Part shown: positions 1-8,986 of the stretch, one piece after another
Position numbering within the stretch: position 1 is the first letter of the stretch
How the letters are laid out: each line of letters opens with the position of its first letter
Origin: an uncultured Dehalococcoidaceae bacterium
GTDB taxonomy: Bacteria > Chloroflexota > Dehalococcoidia > Dehalococcoidales > RBG-16-60-22
DNA length: 53,918 bases
Direction: 5' to 3'
Assembly: GCA_964638295.1 (NCBI GenBank)
Contig: CAZWYS010000003.1
Span: forward strand, 1 to 53,918
Translations under genes and position numbers: made by a program
The notes under the pieces: generated by a model
What the model saw: only the letters and a program-made list of their open reading frames with translations
Told to the model about the DNA's origin: nothing
The model's database searches: none

Positions 1-486
1 ATCTACGCCAGTATTTTTCAGTGTTATGTGGATTCTTTTGCTGGGGTTGTTTTGCGACCTCGACAAAACTCCCAATTTCTTGGTTAAGTTCAAAAAGGTA
101 CCTTTTACCAACTGCTCTACTCGTATCGTTTCTATGGTAGGCAGGCGGGCTAGCTTATCCAAGAGACGAGCGAGCAAAACGGTTCTCAGTTTCAGCACAA
201 TAATAGCGCCCTGTTCCCATGAGCCAGCTACTTGCCTTATGCTTTCATAATCATCATTAAGCATTTCCTCTACCTGACAAAGCAATCTTAATAACTGGGC
301 GGCATCAGCCCCCGGGGGTGGGGATATGATTAACTCAACTGTCTCTTCAAGAAATGAACTATGAACCTCAGCACTGGCATAGTCGTTCGCGACCGGCACG
401 TCCTCCTCTTGCCACAGCATACGATGCAGTCCATAGTCAACGAGCTCGTGACCTCCAACGACGATAATTCTGGTATCTTTTTTCAC
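1..486 (-). CDS. Partial gene (runs off left edge): degenerate NarL-like receiver N-terminus fused to an unrecognised domain
   Basis: Not in the ORF track. Hand translation from GTG at 486 (GAGGAGG upstream) is open for 162 codons: MKKDTRIIVVGGHELVDYGLHRMLWQEEDVPVANDYASAEV... The first ~40 aa resemble the start of NarL/LuxR-type receivers. Confidence 0.7.
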   Translation of the reverse strand, partial: MKKDTRIIVVGGHELVDYGLHRMLWQEEDVPVANDYASAEVHSSFLEETVELIISPPPGADAAQLLRLLCQVEEMLNDDYESIRQVAGSWEQGAIIVLKLRTVLLARLLDKLARLPTIETIRVEQLVKGTFLNLTKKLGVLSRSQNNPSKRIHITLKNTGVD

Positions 487-541
487 CTCACCCTCCTCTT
501 CGAACTCTCCCTGCCAGGGATAGCTAGCTCTTTCTCTTCAG

Positions 542-964
542 CTATGCTGCTCTCAAAGTAGTTGCTGTCAGAGATGCTGATGGCTTAACTACCAGCCCCG
601 CCCGTCTTAGTTTTGCTCTAATACGAGCCAGTAGCTCAGCGGTGTGGAATGGCTTTCTTACATAGTCATCCGCGCCGAGAACTACGGCATCTCGCAAAAC
701 GACAACTTCGTGCCTTCCGGTAAGTACGATTATGGGGACTTCTGAGTGTTTTCTTATCAGACGGAGAATTTGAAAGCCGTCAAGCCCAGGTAGCATGAGA
801 TCCAAGATAATCAAATCTGGCCTACGCTCCTCAAATATAGCCAGTGCTGAACTGCCGCTAGCAGCCGTAATAACATCGTACCCTTCCAGCTCAAGGATAC
901 GTCCGACCATCTTCAAGATTTCCCAGTCGTCGTCTACCACCAGAATCAGATTATTTCTCTTCAT
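542..964 (-). CDS. Response regulator, receiver domain only (OmpR-like receiver without winged helix)
   Basis: ILVVDDD, LIILDLMLP, VLTG and GADDYVRKPF motifs. ATG at 964 with GGAGG upstream is preferred over the track start at 1006. Confidence 0.88.
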   Translation of the reverse strand: MKRNNLILVVDDDWEILKMVGRILELEGYDVITAASGSSALAIFEERRPDLIILDLMLPGLDGFQILRLIRKHSEVPIIVLTGRHEVVVLRDAVVLGADDYVRKPFHTAELLARIRAKLRRAGLVVKPSASLTATTLRAA

Positions 965-1010
965 TGGAAACATTGCCTCCATCTGTTTCGCTACCCGTTT
1001 TTTCACACTT

Positions 1011-1226
1011 CTAGTTCAGCCAGTATCTGCTGACCGCTATTGGTTCTCGGAGCGGAGGAAGAAGTAATAGAGTTGACCGCAACTCTGATACCCCGTTAGC
1101 CCACTGTCTCCAATTCTTGTGATGAGCCAGGCGGAACAATTTCATACGTTCCTCATGCTCAGCAAAAGAGCCCGCATCAGGTACACTACTGAGAAGAGCC
1201 CCGCCGTTTTGGTATTTGGATACCAT
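1011..1226 (-). CDS. Small hypothetical protein (71 aa)
   Basis: ATG start with AGAGGT upstream, co-oriented with the flanking regulators; no recognisable motif. Confidence 0.4.
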   Translation of the reverse strand: MVSKYQNGGALLSSVPDAGSFAEHEERMKLFRLAHHKNWRQWANGVSELRSTLLLLPPLREPIAVSRYWLN

Positions 1227-1403
1227 GGTATTTTTTTTACCTCTAACCTGCTGGTGAATTTTCTCGCTAAATCAACCTTCTTACTTGCTCTACTCTTAAT
1301 CTAAGAAAACTGACTCACAACCAGGTAACAATATCGGTCTAAAATATCAAAAATAAATCACAGGTGGGCATAAGCTTCAGATACTACGGGAAATAAACCA
1401 AGA

Positions 1404-1426
1404 AACCTCCGCATAATTGGGAGGTT
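1404..1426 (-). terminator. Possible intrinsic terminator after the OmpR-type regulator
   Basis: AACCTCC-N9-GGAGGTT inverted repeat, followed on the minus strand by a T-rich run. Confidence 0.4.
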
Positions 1427-1470
1427 CTCCTGAAATGACCTGTGTCAACCTGGTTGCACCTGGTATATGC

Positions 1471-2181
1471 TCAGACTTGCTTTACCATCATGTATCCTAT
1501 ACCCGGTTTGGTCAAAATATATTTGGAGTTCTTGGCAGCATCATTTAGTTTTCGCCTGAGCCGGGCCACAGTTACCTGAAGAAGATGCGTCTCGCTGACA
1601 TACTCTTCACCCCATACCTGACCCAATATCTGGTCAGGCGTGACCACCCGGTCTGCGTTGTGCGCCAGATAGGACAACAGCCTATACTCGGTCGCCGTCA
1701 GATTTACTTCCTGCTTGTCCAAGTTTACCCTATGCCGGGCAAAGTCTATTTCCAGGTCGTTGTAACAGAAGGGGGGAGCAGCATGTGTATCCCATAATCT
1801 GGTGCGGCGCAGCACTGCTCTTACCCTTGCTATCAACTCCTTGGCAGAGAAGGGCTTGGTCACATAGTCGTCGGCACCAGCGTCTAGACCTTGCACTATC
1901 TCTTCCTCGTTACTTTTAGCCGTGACCATAATTATTGGTACCGGTGAGAACTCACGAATACAGCGACATAAAGTATATCCATCCACACCAGGCATCATGA
2001 CGTCCAGCAACACCAGATCCGGGGTTTCCTTATCAAACACGTTGAGGGCAGCTTCGCCATCACTGGCACCAAGTACCCGGCACCCCTCTAGCTCCAGAAT
2101 ACGCCGCATCATGCGCAAGATGCGGACATCGTCATCAACCACTAACACAAGCACTTTTCTTGACATGGAGTTTAGCATCAC
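1471..2181 (-). CDS. OmpR/KdpE-family DNA-binding response regulator
   Basis: Receiver (VVDDD, LLDVMMP, KPF) plus winged helix (LTATEYRLL, VWG, RLRRKL, TKPGIGY). Confidence 0.95.
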   Translation of the reverse strand: MMLNSMSRKVLVLVVDDDVRILRMMRRILELEGCRVLGASDGEAALNVFDKETPDLVLLDVMMPGVDGYTLCRCIREFSPVPIIMVTAKSNEEEIVQGLDAGADDYVTKPFSAKELIARVRAVLRRTRLWDTHAAPPFCYNDLEIDFARHRVNLDKQEVNLTATEYRLLSYLAHNADRVVTPDQILGQVWGEEYVSETHLLQVTVARLRRKLNDAAKNSKYILTKPGIGYMMVKQV

Positions 2182-2567
2182 CTCTCCTGGTTTAGGATGC
2201 CAACAACAGCCTCCTTAAGGTCATCGGCACTCAGGGGCTTAACTAAATAGTAAGCAGCACCCATACGAAGCGCCCTTTTTTGTTGTGGCACTCCAGCCGA
2301 GGCGGTGAATACAATTACCGGAATTACCGAGAGTACTGGAGCACTCTTAATGCGCTCCAGTACGGTCCACCCATCAAGCCCTGGCAGCTTTAAGTCCAGT
2401 ATAACGAGGCTGACCCAGCCCTCTCGCAACAATCTAAGTCCCTCTTCACCGTTCTCAGCTCGCAGAACATGATAGCCTTCAAGCTCAAGCACCCGGGCGG
2501 CGAAGTTACGAACATCAGCTTCATCTTCTATAACAAGAATCGTGTTTGTCTCACGTCTCTTTTTCAT
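2178..2567 (-). CDS. Single-domain CheY-like response regulator
   Basis: IEDE, ILDLKLP, FTA and YLVKP motifs; overlaps both neighbours, consistent with an operon. Confidence 0.92.
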   Translation of the reverse strand: MKKRRETNTILVIEDEADVRNFAARVLELEGYHVLRAENGEEGLRLLREGWVSLVILDLKLPGLDGWTVLERIKSAPVLSVIPVIVFTASAGVPQQKRALRMGAAYYLVKPLSADDLKEAVVGILNQER

Positions 2568-3768
2568 GTTTAACTTCGACTGCGGCTTTGAGTGGCAGAG
2601 TGAAATGGAAGGTGCTCCCTTTTCCCAGCTTGCTCTCTACCCAGATACGCCCGCCATGTGCCTCCACCAGACCCTTGCAGATAGATAGACCCAATCCAAT
2701 ACCTCCGACCTCTGGAGTAAGCCTCTGCTCTACGCGGTACATTCGGTCAAAAATTCTCTCTAAATCTTCAGTCGGGATGCCTGTTCCCTGGTCAGCAACG
2801 CTAATTCGTAACTGCGTGCTATTCCGCTGAGCTGATACCGCTACTTTTGTTTCCTCACTAGAATACTTGACCGCATTGTTGATTAGATTATCCAGGACTT
2901 GCCTGATACGTCTGGGGTCAACCTCCAATCTTGTCAGTCTCTGTCCCATGTCCGCCACTATATCATGTTTGGGCGCACTGAGCTTGGCTTCAGCCACTGC
3001 CTCCCGGATTAGTTTTGAAATATTGGTGCTCTGCTTCTCTAATTTCATTAGCCCTGCCTCTAGCCGGGACATATCCAAGAGATGGTCAACAAGCTCGGTG
3101 AGTCGGTCAGTAGCCCGGTCTATGGATTTCAGGTATTCCAGCTTCTCCTCATCGCAAAGCCTTGACTCATATTTCAGGAGCATGGTGGAATAACCTTTTA
3201 CAATTGACAGGGGGGTACGTAGCTCATGGGAAACCGTGGAAAGAAGTTTACTCTTAAGTCTGTCTAACTCCTCATATTCACTTATTTTCTTATGTTCGGT
3301 AATGTCCCGGACAATGGACCACATACCACTTGGTTTTCCCCGTTCATCACTAATCAACCAAGCCCTAAGCATCACCGGAAGTACTGTTCCGTCTTTTCTT
3401 ATGTATTCTTTCTCGTACTCGTTGGAATATCCCGCTGGCATTATTTGATTCTTAAAGACATATGTTTCCAGGTCATGCCATTTCTCGGGGGTTATCTGTT
3501 GACAGGTCAGGTCCCTAAGTTCTTCCAGCGCATAACCTAGCATATCCAGGAAAGCCTGATTAGCGCTAATAAAATTACCCTGCATATTAGAAAAGGCAAT
3601 CCCGTCTTTGCTTGACTCATACAAGCTACGGTATCTCCGTTCACTCTTACGCAGTGCCTCCTCCATTTGCCGGTGCTTAATTCCCGAGTCCTCCAGCTCA
3701 GCAACCCGCTGACTCAATTCCAACAGCCCATTAATGAGCTGGACTTTCGTCTTCTGACTAGTCTGCAT
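2551..3768 (-). CDS. Cytoplasmic PAS-domain sensor histidine kinase
   Basis: PAS/PAC domain, H-box SHELRTPL, N-box [15 protein letters not shown] and GIGLGL. Start moved to ATG 3768, which has a GGAG RBS; a sigma70 promoter lies inside the longer track ORF. Confidence 0.93.
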   Translation of the reverse strand: MQTSQKTKVQLINGLLELSQRVAELEDSGIKHRQMEEALRKSERRYRSLYESSKDGIAFSNMQGNFISANQAFLDMLGYALEELRDLTCQQITPEKWHDLETYVFKNQIMPAGYSNEYEKEYIRKDGTVLPVMLRAWLISDERGKPSGMWSIVRDITEHKKISEYEELDRLKSKLLSTVSHELRTPLSIVKGYSTMLLKYESRLCDEEKLEYLKSIDRATDRLTELVDHLLDMSRLEAGLMKLEKQSTNISKLIREAVAEAKLSAPKHDIVADMGQRLTRLEVDPRRIRQVLDNLINNAVKYSSEETKVAVSAQRNSTQLRISVADQGTGIPTEDLERIFDRMYRVEQRLTPEVGGIGLGLSICKGLVEAHGGRIWVESKLGKGSTFHFTLPLKAAVEVKHEKET

Positions 3769-3859
3769 CTTTGTCACTCCGCAATACTCAGCGATTACGC
3801 CAGCTTGCCACCACTCTGAAAACGCTTTAACTGTCTCATATTGCCAGGGTTCTGCCAAA

Positions 3860-3888
3860 ATATTACCTTTTGTCACATAAATTGTCAA
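3860..3888 (-). promoter_or_regulatory. Sigma70-type promoter of the kinase operon
   Basis: TTGACA-17 nt-TAATAT on the minus strand. Confidence 0.6.
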
Positions 3889-4071
3889 GTTTATGGACAG
3901 ATGACACGTAATCTACCGGCTTTCGATGGGACTGCGTTACAGCTGAATTGCGATACTAAGAATACTCAGGCAAGATAGGAATAGACAAATGACACAACGG
4001 GACATAGCAAGAATTTGGTCATCCCGCCAATACGGTCTCCGGCGCGATTTACCATTTCTCACCGTCACCTA

Positions 4072-4101
4072 TTGACAATTAAGAAATGGGAAGTACATAA
4101 T
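4072..4101 (+). promoter_or_regulatory. Sigma70-type promoter upstream of pfkA
   Basis: TTGACA-18 nt-CATAAT. Confidence 0.5.
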
Positions 4102-4295
4102 CATCCAAAACTAATTTCTCCAGCAATGAAAATAGCATCAGGTACACTTATCTGATACTCCGTTCCTGTATAGCTTGCCCAGATTTTGGATACGGCGTAG
4201 AAAGAGCTATAATATTACCAGAGAACAGGTTTTAGTAACTTAAATGTCGGTTATTCTGAAGCAGATTTAAAGATTGTTGGTAAAGGGAAATTAAA

Positions 4296-5354
4296 ATGCA
4301 AAACAGGAAAAAAATTGGCATTCTAACTGGAGGCGGAGACTGTCCTGGCCTCAACGCCGCCATCAGAGCCACCACCAAAGCAGCCATCCTCATGGGTTAC
4401 GAAGTAATCGGCATCCGAAATGGCTGGAAAGGTTTCACTGATAATGATAATCAACCACTGGATATGGTCAAGACTTCTGGAATCATTGACAGGGGAGGAA
4501 CAATTCTAGGAACGTCAAGGTGGAGTCCCCTCAAAGTTGAAAATGGAACCCGGCAAGTTTTTGATGGCTTTAAAGAACTGGGATTGGAAGCGGCGGTGGT
4601 TCTGGGAGGCGAAGGCACCCTGAGTATAACCAGCAAATTATTTAAGATGGGGCTTCCCGTAGTCGGGATACCTAAAACCATCGACAACGACGTAAAAGAA
4701 ACCGATTACACGATAGGGTTTCAAACCGCTGTCCAGATTGCCACCGATGCTCTGGACAGGCTTCGTTCCACAGCCGAAAGCCACCATCGGGTAATGCTTC
4801 TGGAAGTAATGGGCCGCCGTGCCGGCTGGATTGCCACTTATTCAGGGATGGCTAACGGAGCCGATGCCATCCTTATCCCCGAGATTCCACTCAATGAAGC
4901 AAAGATAGAGGAACTTTGCCGCTTACTGACAGAGAGAAATCGGAAGGGTACCGGCTTTAGCATTGTCGTCGTGGCAGAAGGAACAGAAGTAGAAGGGAAA
5001 ACCATCATTAAGCCAGGGCTTGATATTTCAAAGGTCTCAAAGAGTGAAAGGATATACGGATTAGGTGGGGTAGGAAACGTTCTTGGGGAAATCATTGAGA
5101 AGAAAACGGGGCTTGAAACCAGAGTTTCCTCTCTGGACTATATTCAAAGAGGGGGAACTCCGGTGGCATACGACCGGAATCTGGCAATAACGCTCGGAGT
5201 AAAGGCAGCCAATCTTATCAAAGAAAAGAGATACGGAGAGATGGCTGCCCTGAAAGGGAATAGAATTACCAGCGTTCCTTTAGAGAAAGTGGCCGATGGA
5301 ATCAAGACGGTAAATCTAAACGTTTACAAGATAGCTGAAATATTCTTTGGTTAG
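4296..5354 (+). CDS. pfkA: 6-phosphofructokinase (PfkA family, group III-like, probably ATP-dependent)
   Basis: GGDCPGLNA, GGTILGTSR, GGEGT, PKTIDND, EVMGR and QRGG motifs. Confidence 0.95.
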   Translation: MQNRKKIGILTGGGDCPGLNAAIRATTKAAILMGYEVIGIRNGWKGFTDNDNQPLDMVKTSGIIDRGGTILGTSRWSPLKVENGTRQVFDGFKELGLEAAVVLGGEGTLSITSKLFKMGLPVVGIPKTIDNDVKETDYTIGFQTAVQIATDALDRLRSTAESHHRVMLLEVMGRRAGWIATYSGMANGADAILIPEIPLNEAKIEELCRLLTERNRKGTGFSIVVVAEGTEVEGKTIIKPGLDISKVSKSERIYGLGGVGNVLGEIIEKKTGLETRVSSLDYIQRGGTPVAYDRNLAITLGVKAANLIKEKRYGEMAALKGNRITSVPLEKVADGIKTVNLNVYKIAEIFFG

Positions 5355-5364
5355 GAGAGGAAAG

Positions 5365-6210
5365 GTGAAAGAAAAAGTAGCAGCATTAACCGAAAGAATA
5401 GTGCCAAATGGACGGGCAATGATATTGGCCTACGACCAGGGTTTTGAGCACGGACCGAGAGACTTCCTGGAAAATCCGGAAAGCAGAAAAATGGAATACA
5501 TCCTGGATATAGCTCAAAAAGGCAGGTTTACCGCCGTGGTAGTGCATGCCGGGCTGGCAGAAAAGTACCAGTCAGAAATTCAGGATGCAAAGGTTCCGTT
5601 AATTCTAAAACTGAACGGCAAATCAGAGCTATACACTGGAGATGATCCTTATTCCCCGCAACTTTATTCGGTGGCGGATGCGCTTGCTCTGGGAGCTACC
5701 GCAGTGGGTTACACCGTTTATTCGGCGTCAAAATACGAAGACCAGATGAACAAGGAATTTGCCGCCATAATACGAGAAGCCCATAACAAGGGAATCCCAG
5801 CTATCGGCTGGATGTATCCTCGCGGTAAATCTCTAACCGATAGGGAATTGGCTTCCAGAACGATTAAAATGGCTTTAGAAGAACGGGAGCACACAAACTT
5901 AGCCATAGATGAAACTTACCCCATTGTTGCTTACGGAGCCAGAATCGGGCTTGAATTAGGCGCCGATATTGTAAAGATAAAGTACACCGGCTCCGTAGAA
6001 AGTTTCAAATGGGTGGTGCAGTCAGCTTCCCCAACCAAAGTAGTTATGTCTGGTGGGCCGAAGACGAAAACGGATGAAGAATTTCTTACCATGGTGAAGG
6101 AGATTATTGCTGCCGGAGCAGTCGGAATAGCCGTAGGGAGAAATGTCTGGCAGCGCAAGAACCCTCTGATTATCAGTGAAAAAATACGCCAAATAATCTT
6201 TGGCTCTTAA
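5365..6210 (+). CDS. fba: Class I (DhnA/archaeal-type) fructose-bisphosphate aldolase
   Basis: LAYDQGFEHGP, KLNGK, WMYPRG, ELGADIVKIKY (Schiff-base Lys), SGG and VGRNVWQ. GTG at 5365 follows AGGAGAGG. Confidence 0.92.
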   Translation: MKEKVAALTERIVPNGRAMILAYDQGFEHGPRDFLENPESRKMEYILDIAQKGRFTAVVVHAGLAEKYQSEIQDAKVPLILKLNGKSELYTGDDPYSPQLYSVADALALGATAVGYTVYSASKYEDQMNKEFAAIIREAHNKGIPAIGWMYPRGKSLTDRELASRTIKMALEEREHTNLAIDETYPIVAYGARIGLELGADIVKIKYTGSVESFKWVVQSASPTKVVMSGGPKTKTDEEFLTMVKEIIAAGAVGIAVGRNVWQRKNPLIISEKIRQIIFGS

Positions 6211-6283
6211 CCGTTTTCTAAGCGAGACTATATCCAGCTTGTATGGCCGAAGCTTCATCGCTGCACAAGAGGCGGCAATATCA

Positions 6284-8698
6284 GTGCAAGAAGACAACGA
6301 TTTAAATAGAGGAACACGGTGGCTATTACTGGTCGGCGTCTTTCTCACCTCGTTCAGTCTACTGGCTTTTGAAATAACCCTCACCAGGCTCCTCTCGGTA
6401 TTGCTTCTCTATCACTTTGTCTTCGCTGTTGTTTCCTTGGCCCTGCTGGGGCTGGGGGCTGGCGGCATCTTTGTCCACTTTTTTCGGCCACGAATACCGA
6501 CCGGACACAACCGATTTGGCTACTTGGCTCTGATTGTCAGCCTTATTTCACTGTCAATCCCCTTTTCCGTGATACTTATGACCCGCATCGGCTATCTGGA
6601 CAGCCTTGCGGGTAACATCCTGCTCGATTTTGTTCTTTTATTTATCCCTTTTTTCTTTACTGGCGTGTTCCTGGCCGAGGTCTTCCGCATGTTTCCAGAA
6701 ATCAGTGCCAGGATTTATGGTGCCGACCTGGTGGGCGCGGCGATTGGCTCTCTCGGCGTTATCATCCTTCTTGATACCCTCGGTGGCATAAATACCAGCT
6801 TTCTCCTTGGCGCGGTTGCTTCAATGGCAGCGCTACTCTTTGCGCTGAGGGTATTAAGGAAAAATATCAGGCAAATAATAATACCTGTTATCAGTTTGTT
6901 GATAGTATTTAGCCTATTGGGAGCAAACTTGATTGGCGCTTACCTGCCTAACATAGCTGGCATCGGAGCCAACCCGGACAAGGAAATCCACCAGGCTCTA
7001 TATGGGCCCTCCTCCCCGGCAAGAATAGCCGAAACGAGGTGGAGCGCTTTTGGACGCACCGATTTAGTGGAGTACACCAATTATCCTCAGCTAATGGATA
7101 TCTTCATAGACGGGACTGCCGCCACGCCTATGTACCAGTTTAGCGGTGATTTCAACGACCCGGACATTGCCATCAACAGCCTTAAGACCGACTTTACCGG
7201 CTATTTCCCTTTCTTTTTCTCGCCAGAAGCAGAAAAAAACAACGCCCTCATTCTAGGGCCGGGTGGCGGCCGGGACATACTTCTGGCACTGATGGGAGGG
7301 GTTAACGAAATTACTGCCGTTGAGGTGAACAGGGACCTGGTAGATATAGTGCAGGAATAAGCCTGGTATAATGGCGGTATTTATACTGACTTTGAAAACG
7401 TAACCGTAGTCGTTGATGAAGGAAGAAACTTCCTCAAGCGCCAGAAGGAAAAGTACGACCTCATTATGCTCAGCCTGCCGGTCACTCAAACCAGTCGCAG
7501 CCTGGAAGGATACTCCCTGACCGAGAATTTTCTTTTCACCAAGGAATCCATCAATGACTATCTAGAGCATCTGACCGAGGAGGGGCGCCTGGTGGTGGTG
7601 ATGCATGACGATTTTACGGCTTGGAGACTGCTTTCCATCTCACTGGTTGCTCTCAAGGAAAGAGGTGTCAGTCATACCGCAGCGCTCAAGCAGATTTACA
7701 TGCTTGGCTTGAGCTCAGAAAGTAGACTGCCGGTGTTTGTATTGCAGAAGACGCCATTTGAGCCAGCACAAGTATTGCTCAGGCACGAGAAAATGCGCCA
7801 ATTGGGATATGACCCGACTTTGTCTTATTTCCCTTACCTTAGTGAAGAGGGAATGGTCAACCCAACACTCATGGCTTTAGGCAACGGGACAATAGCCTTT
7901 ACTGACATAGAGAAGATGGCAAAAGAGATGGGCCTTGATTTCAGTCCGGTAACTGATAACAGTCCATTTTTCTACAAAATTGATGTCGGACTGCCCCAGC
8001 CTGTGTCTCTGGTTTTCTGGCCATCGCTTGTTATGATGCTGCTTGTGCTCTTGGTGCCACACGCATATTGGAAGTGGCGCCCTGCCCGAAGAGAACCCCG
8101 CCCAAAGATTGAGAAAGGCTACCACCAGAACCCGCTTAGGTCATCAGTGCTGTTTTCGATGCTGGGCATCGGGTTTATGTTGATTGAAGTTTCCCTCATT
8201 CAAAAATTCATGCTCTATCTCGGTCAACCAGTGTTATCTATGGCCATCCTGTTATTTTCTCTCCTCGTTGGCGCCGGCATAGGCAGCCTCTATAGTGGCC
8301 GCCTTGCCCCGGAAAGAATAACCCGGGGAATAGCCATTACAGCTCTGTCTATTGCCGCTATAGCAGCCAGTTATACTTTTCTCCTTTCACTCATCTTCAA
8401 CCAGCTCCTGGGATTAAGCCTTGCCCTCCGCTTGCTGACAATGGTCGTCATGCTATTCCCGCTGGGCTTTCTCATGGGGCTCCCCTTCCCCCTGGGTATA
8501 AGGTTACTAAAAGAAATGAATGTGGTAAAATACATCCCCTGGATGTGGGGCATTAACGGCGTCGGCTCGGTATTGGGCTCAGTAACAGCCATAGTCATCG
8601 CCATAAGTTTTGGATTTACCCAGGCACTTCTAGTCGGGTCTGGTTGTTATCTCATTGTCTTTCTAACCTTTAGAAAACTCGGCCGAAAGGGAACCTAG
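6284..8698 (+). pseudogene. Spermidine-synthase-like class I SAM-dependent methyltransferase with N- and C-terminal membrane domains, interrupted by one in-frame TAA (7358-7360)
   Basis: Track ORFs 6200-7360 and 7466-8698 are in the same frame. Read-through gives ILGPGGGRD..AVEVN..VQE*AWYNGGIYTDFENVTVVVDEGRNFL..YDLIMLS, a continuous methyltransferase core. Start uncertain (TTG 6200 or GTG 6284). Confidence 0.85.
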
Positions 8699-8758
8699 TT
8701 TTGAGACTGCTGAAATCAGCGATTTTTGAGTTTTTCTCAAAAAAAATTTGTGGTGGGC

Positions 8759-8787
8759 TTGACAAGCGTGATATGATGTTGTAACTT
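8759..8787 (+). promoter_or_regulatory. Sigma70-type promoter of TRAP operon 1
   Basis: TTGACA-17 nt-TAACTT. Confidence 0.5.
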
Positions 8788-8899
8788 TTAATAGCTCTTG
8801 TGTGATTATCAGATATGATTATGTTTTTTTGACATCCTTGTTATAAATTAGTGCCTATGTGATGTGCGCGTGAAATGCGACTTAAAATTTGGGGTAATA

Positions 8900-8935
8900 C
8901 CACAAAGAATACGATAAAGGAGGTGATAGCTTTCA
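8900..8935 (+). promoter_or_regulatory. Conserved leader element with orphan extended Shine-Dalgarno (copy 1)
   Basis: CCACAAAGAAT..AAAGGAGGTGATAGCTTTCA; closely similar copy at 28107-28141; no start codon at SD distance. Confidence 0.6.
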
Positions 8936-8986
8936 AACGAAAATATTGTTACGCCATCTGAGTTCTGATATTTTAGAAGGAGGTAA

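Noticed and set aside
3871-3887. Pho-box-like TGTCA repeats upstream of the kinase
   Set aside because: The period is 12 rather than 11 nt, and one copy is simply the -35 element.
4102-4191. Riboswitch in the pfkA leader (ATCCAAAA...TTTTGGAT pairing, inner hairpin)
   Set aside because: I could not match purine, SAM, TPP, fluoride or c-di-GMP consensus features; an Rfam/Infernal scan would be needed.
7358-7360. Selenocysteine or pyrrolysine read-through
   Set aside because: The codon is TAA, not TGA or TAG, and TAA terminates many other genes here.
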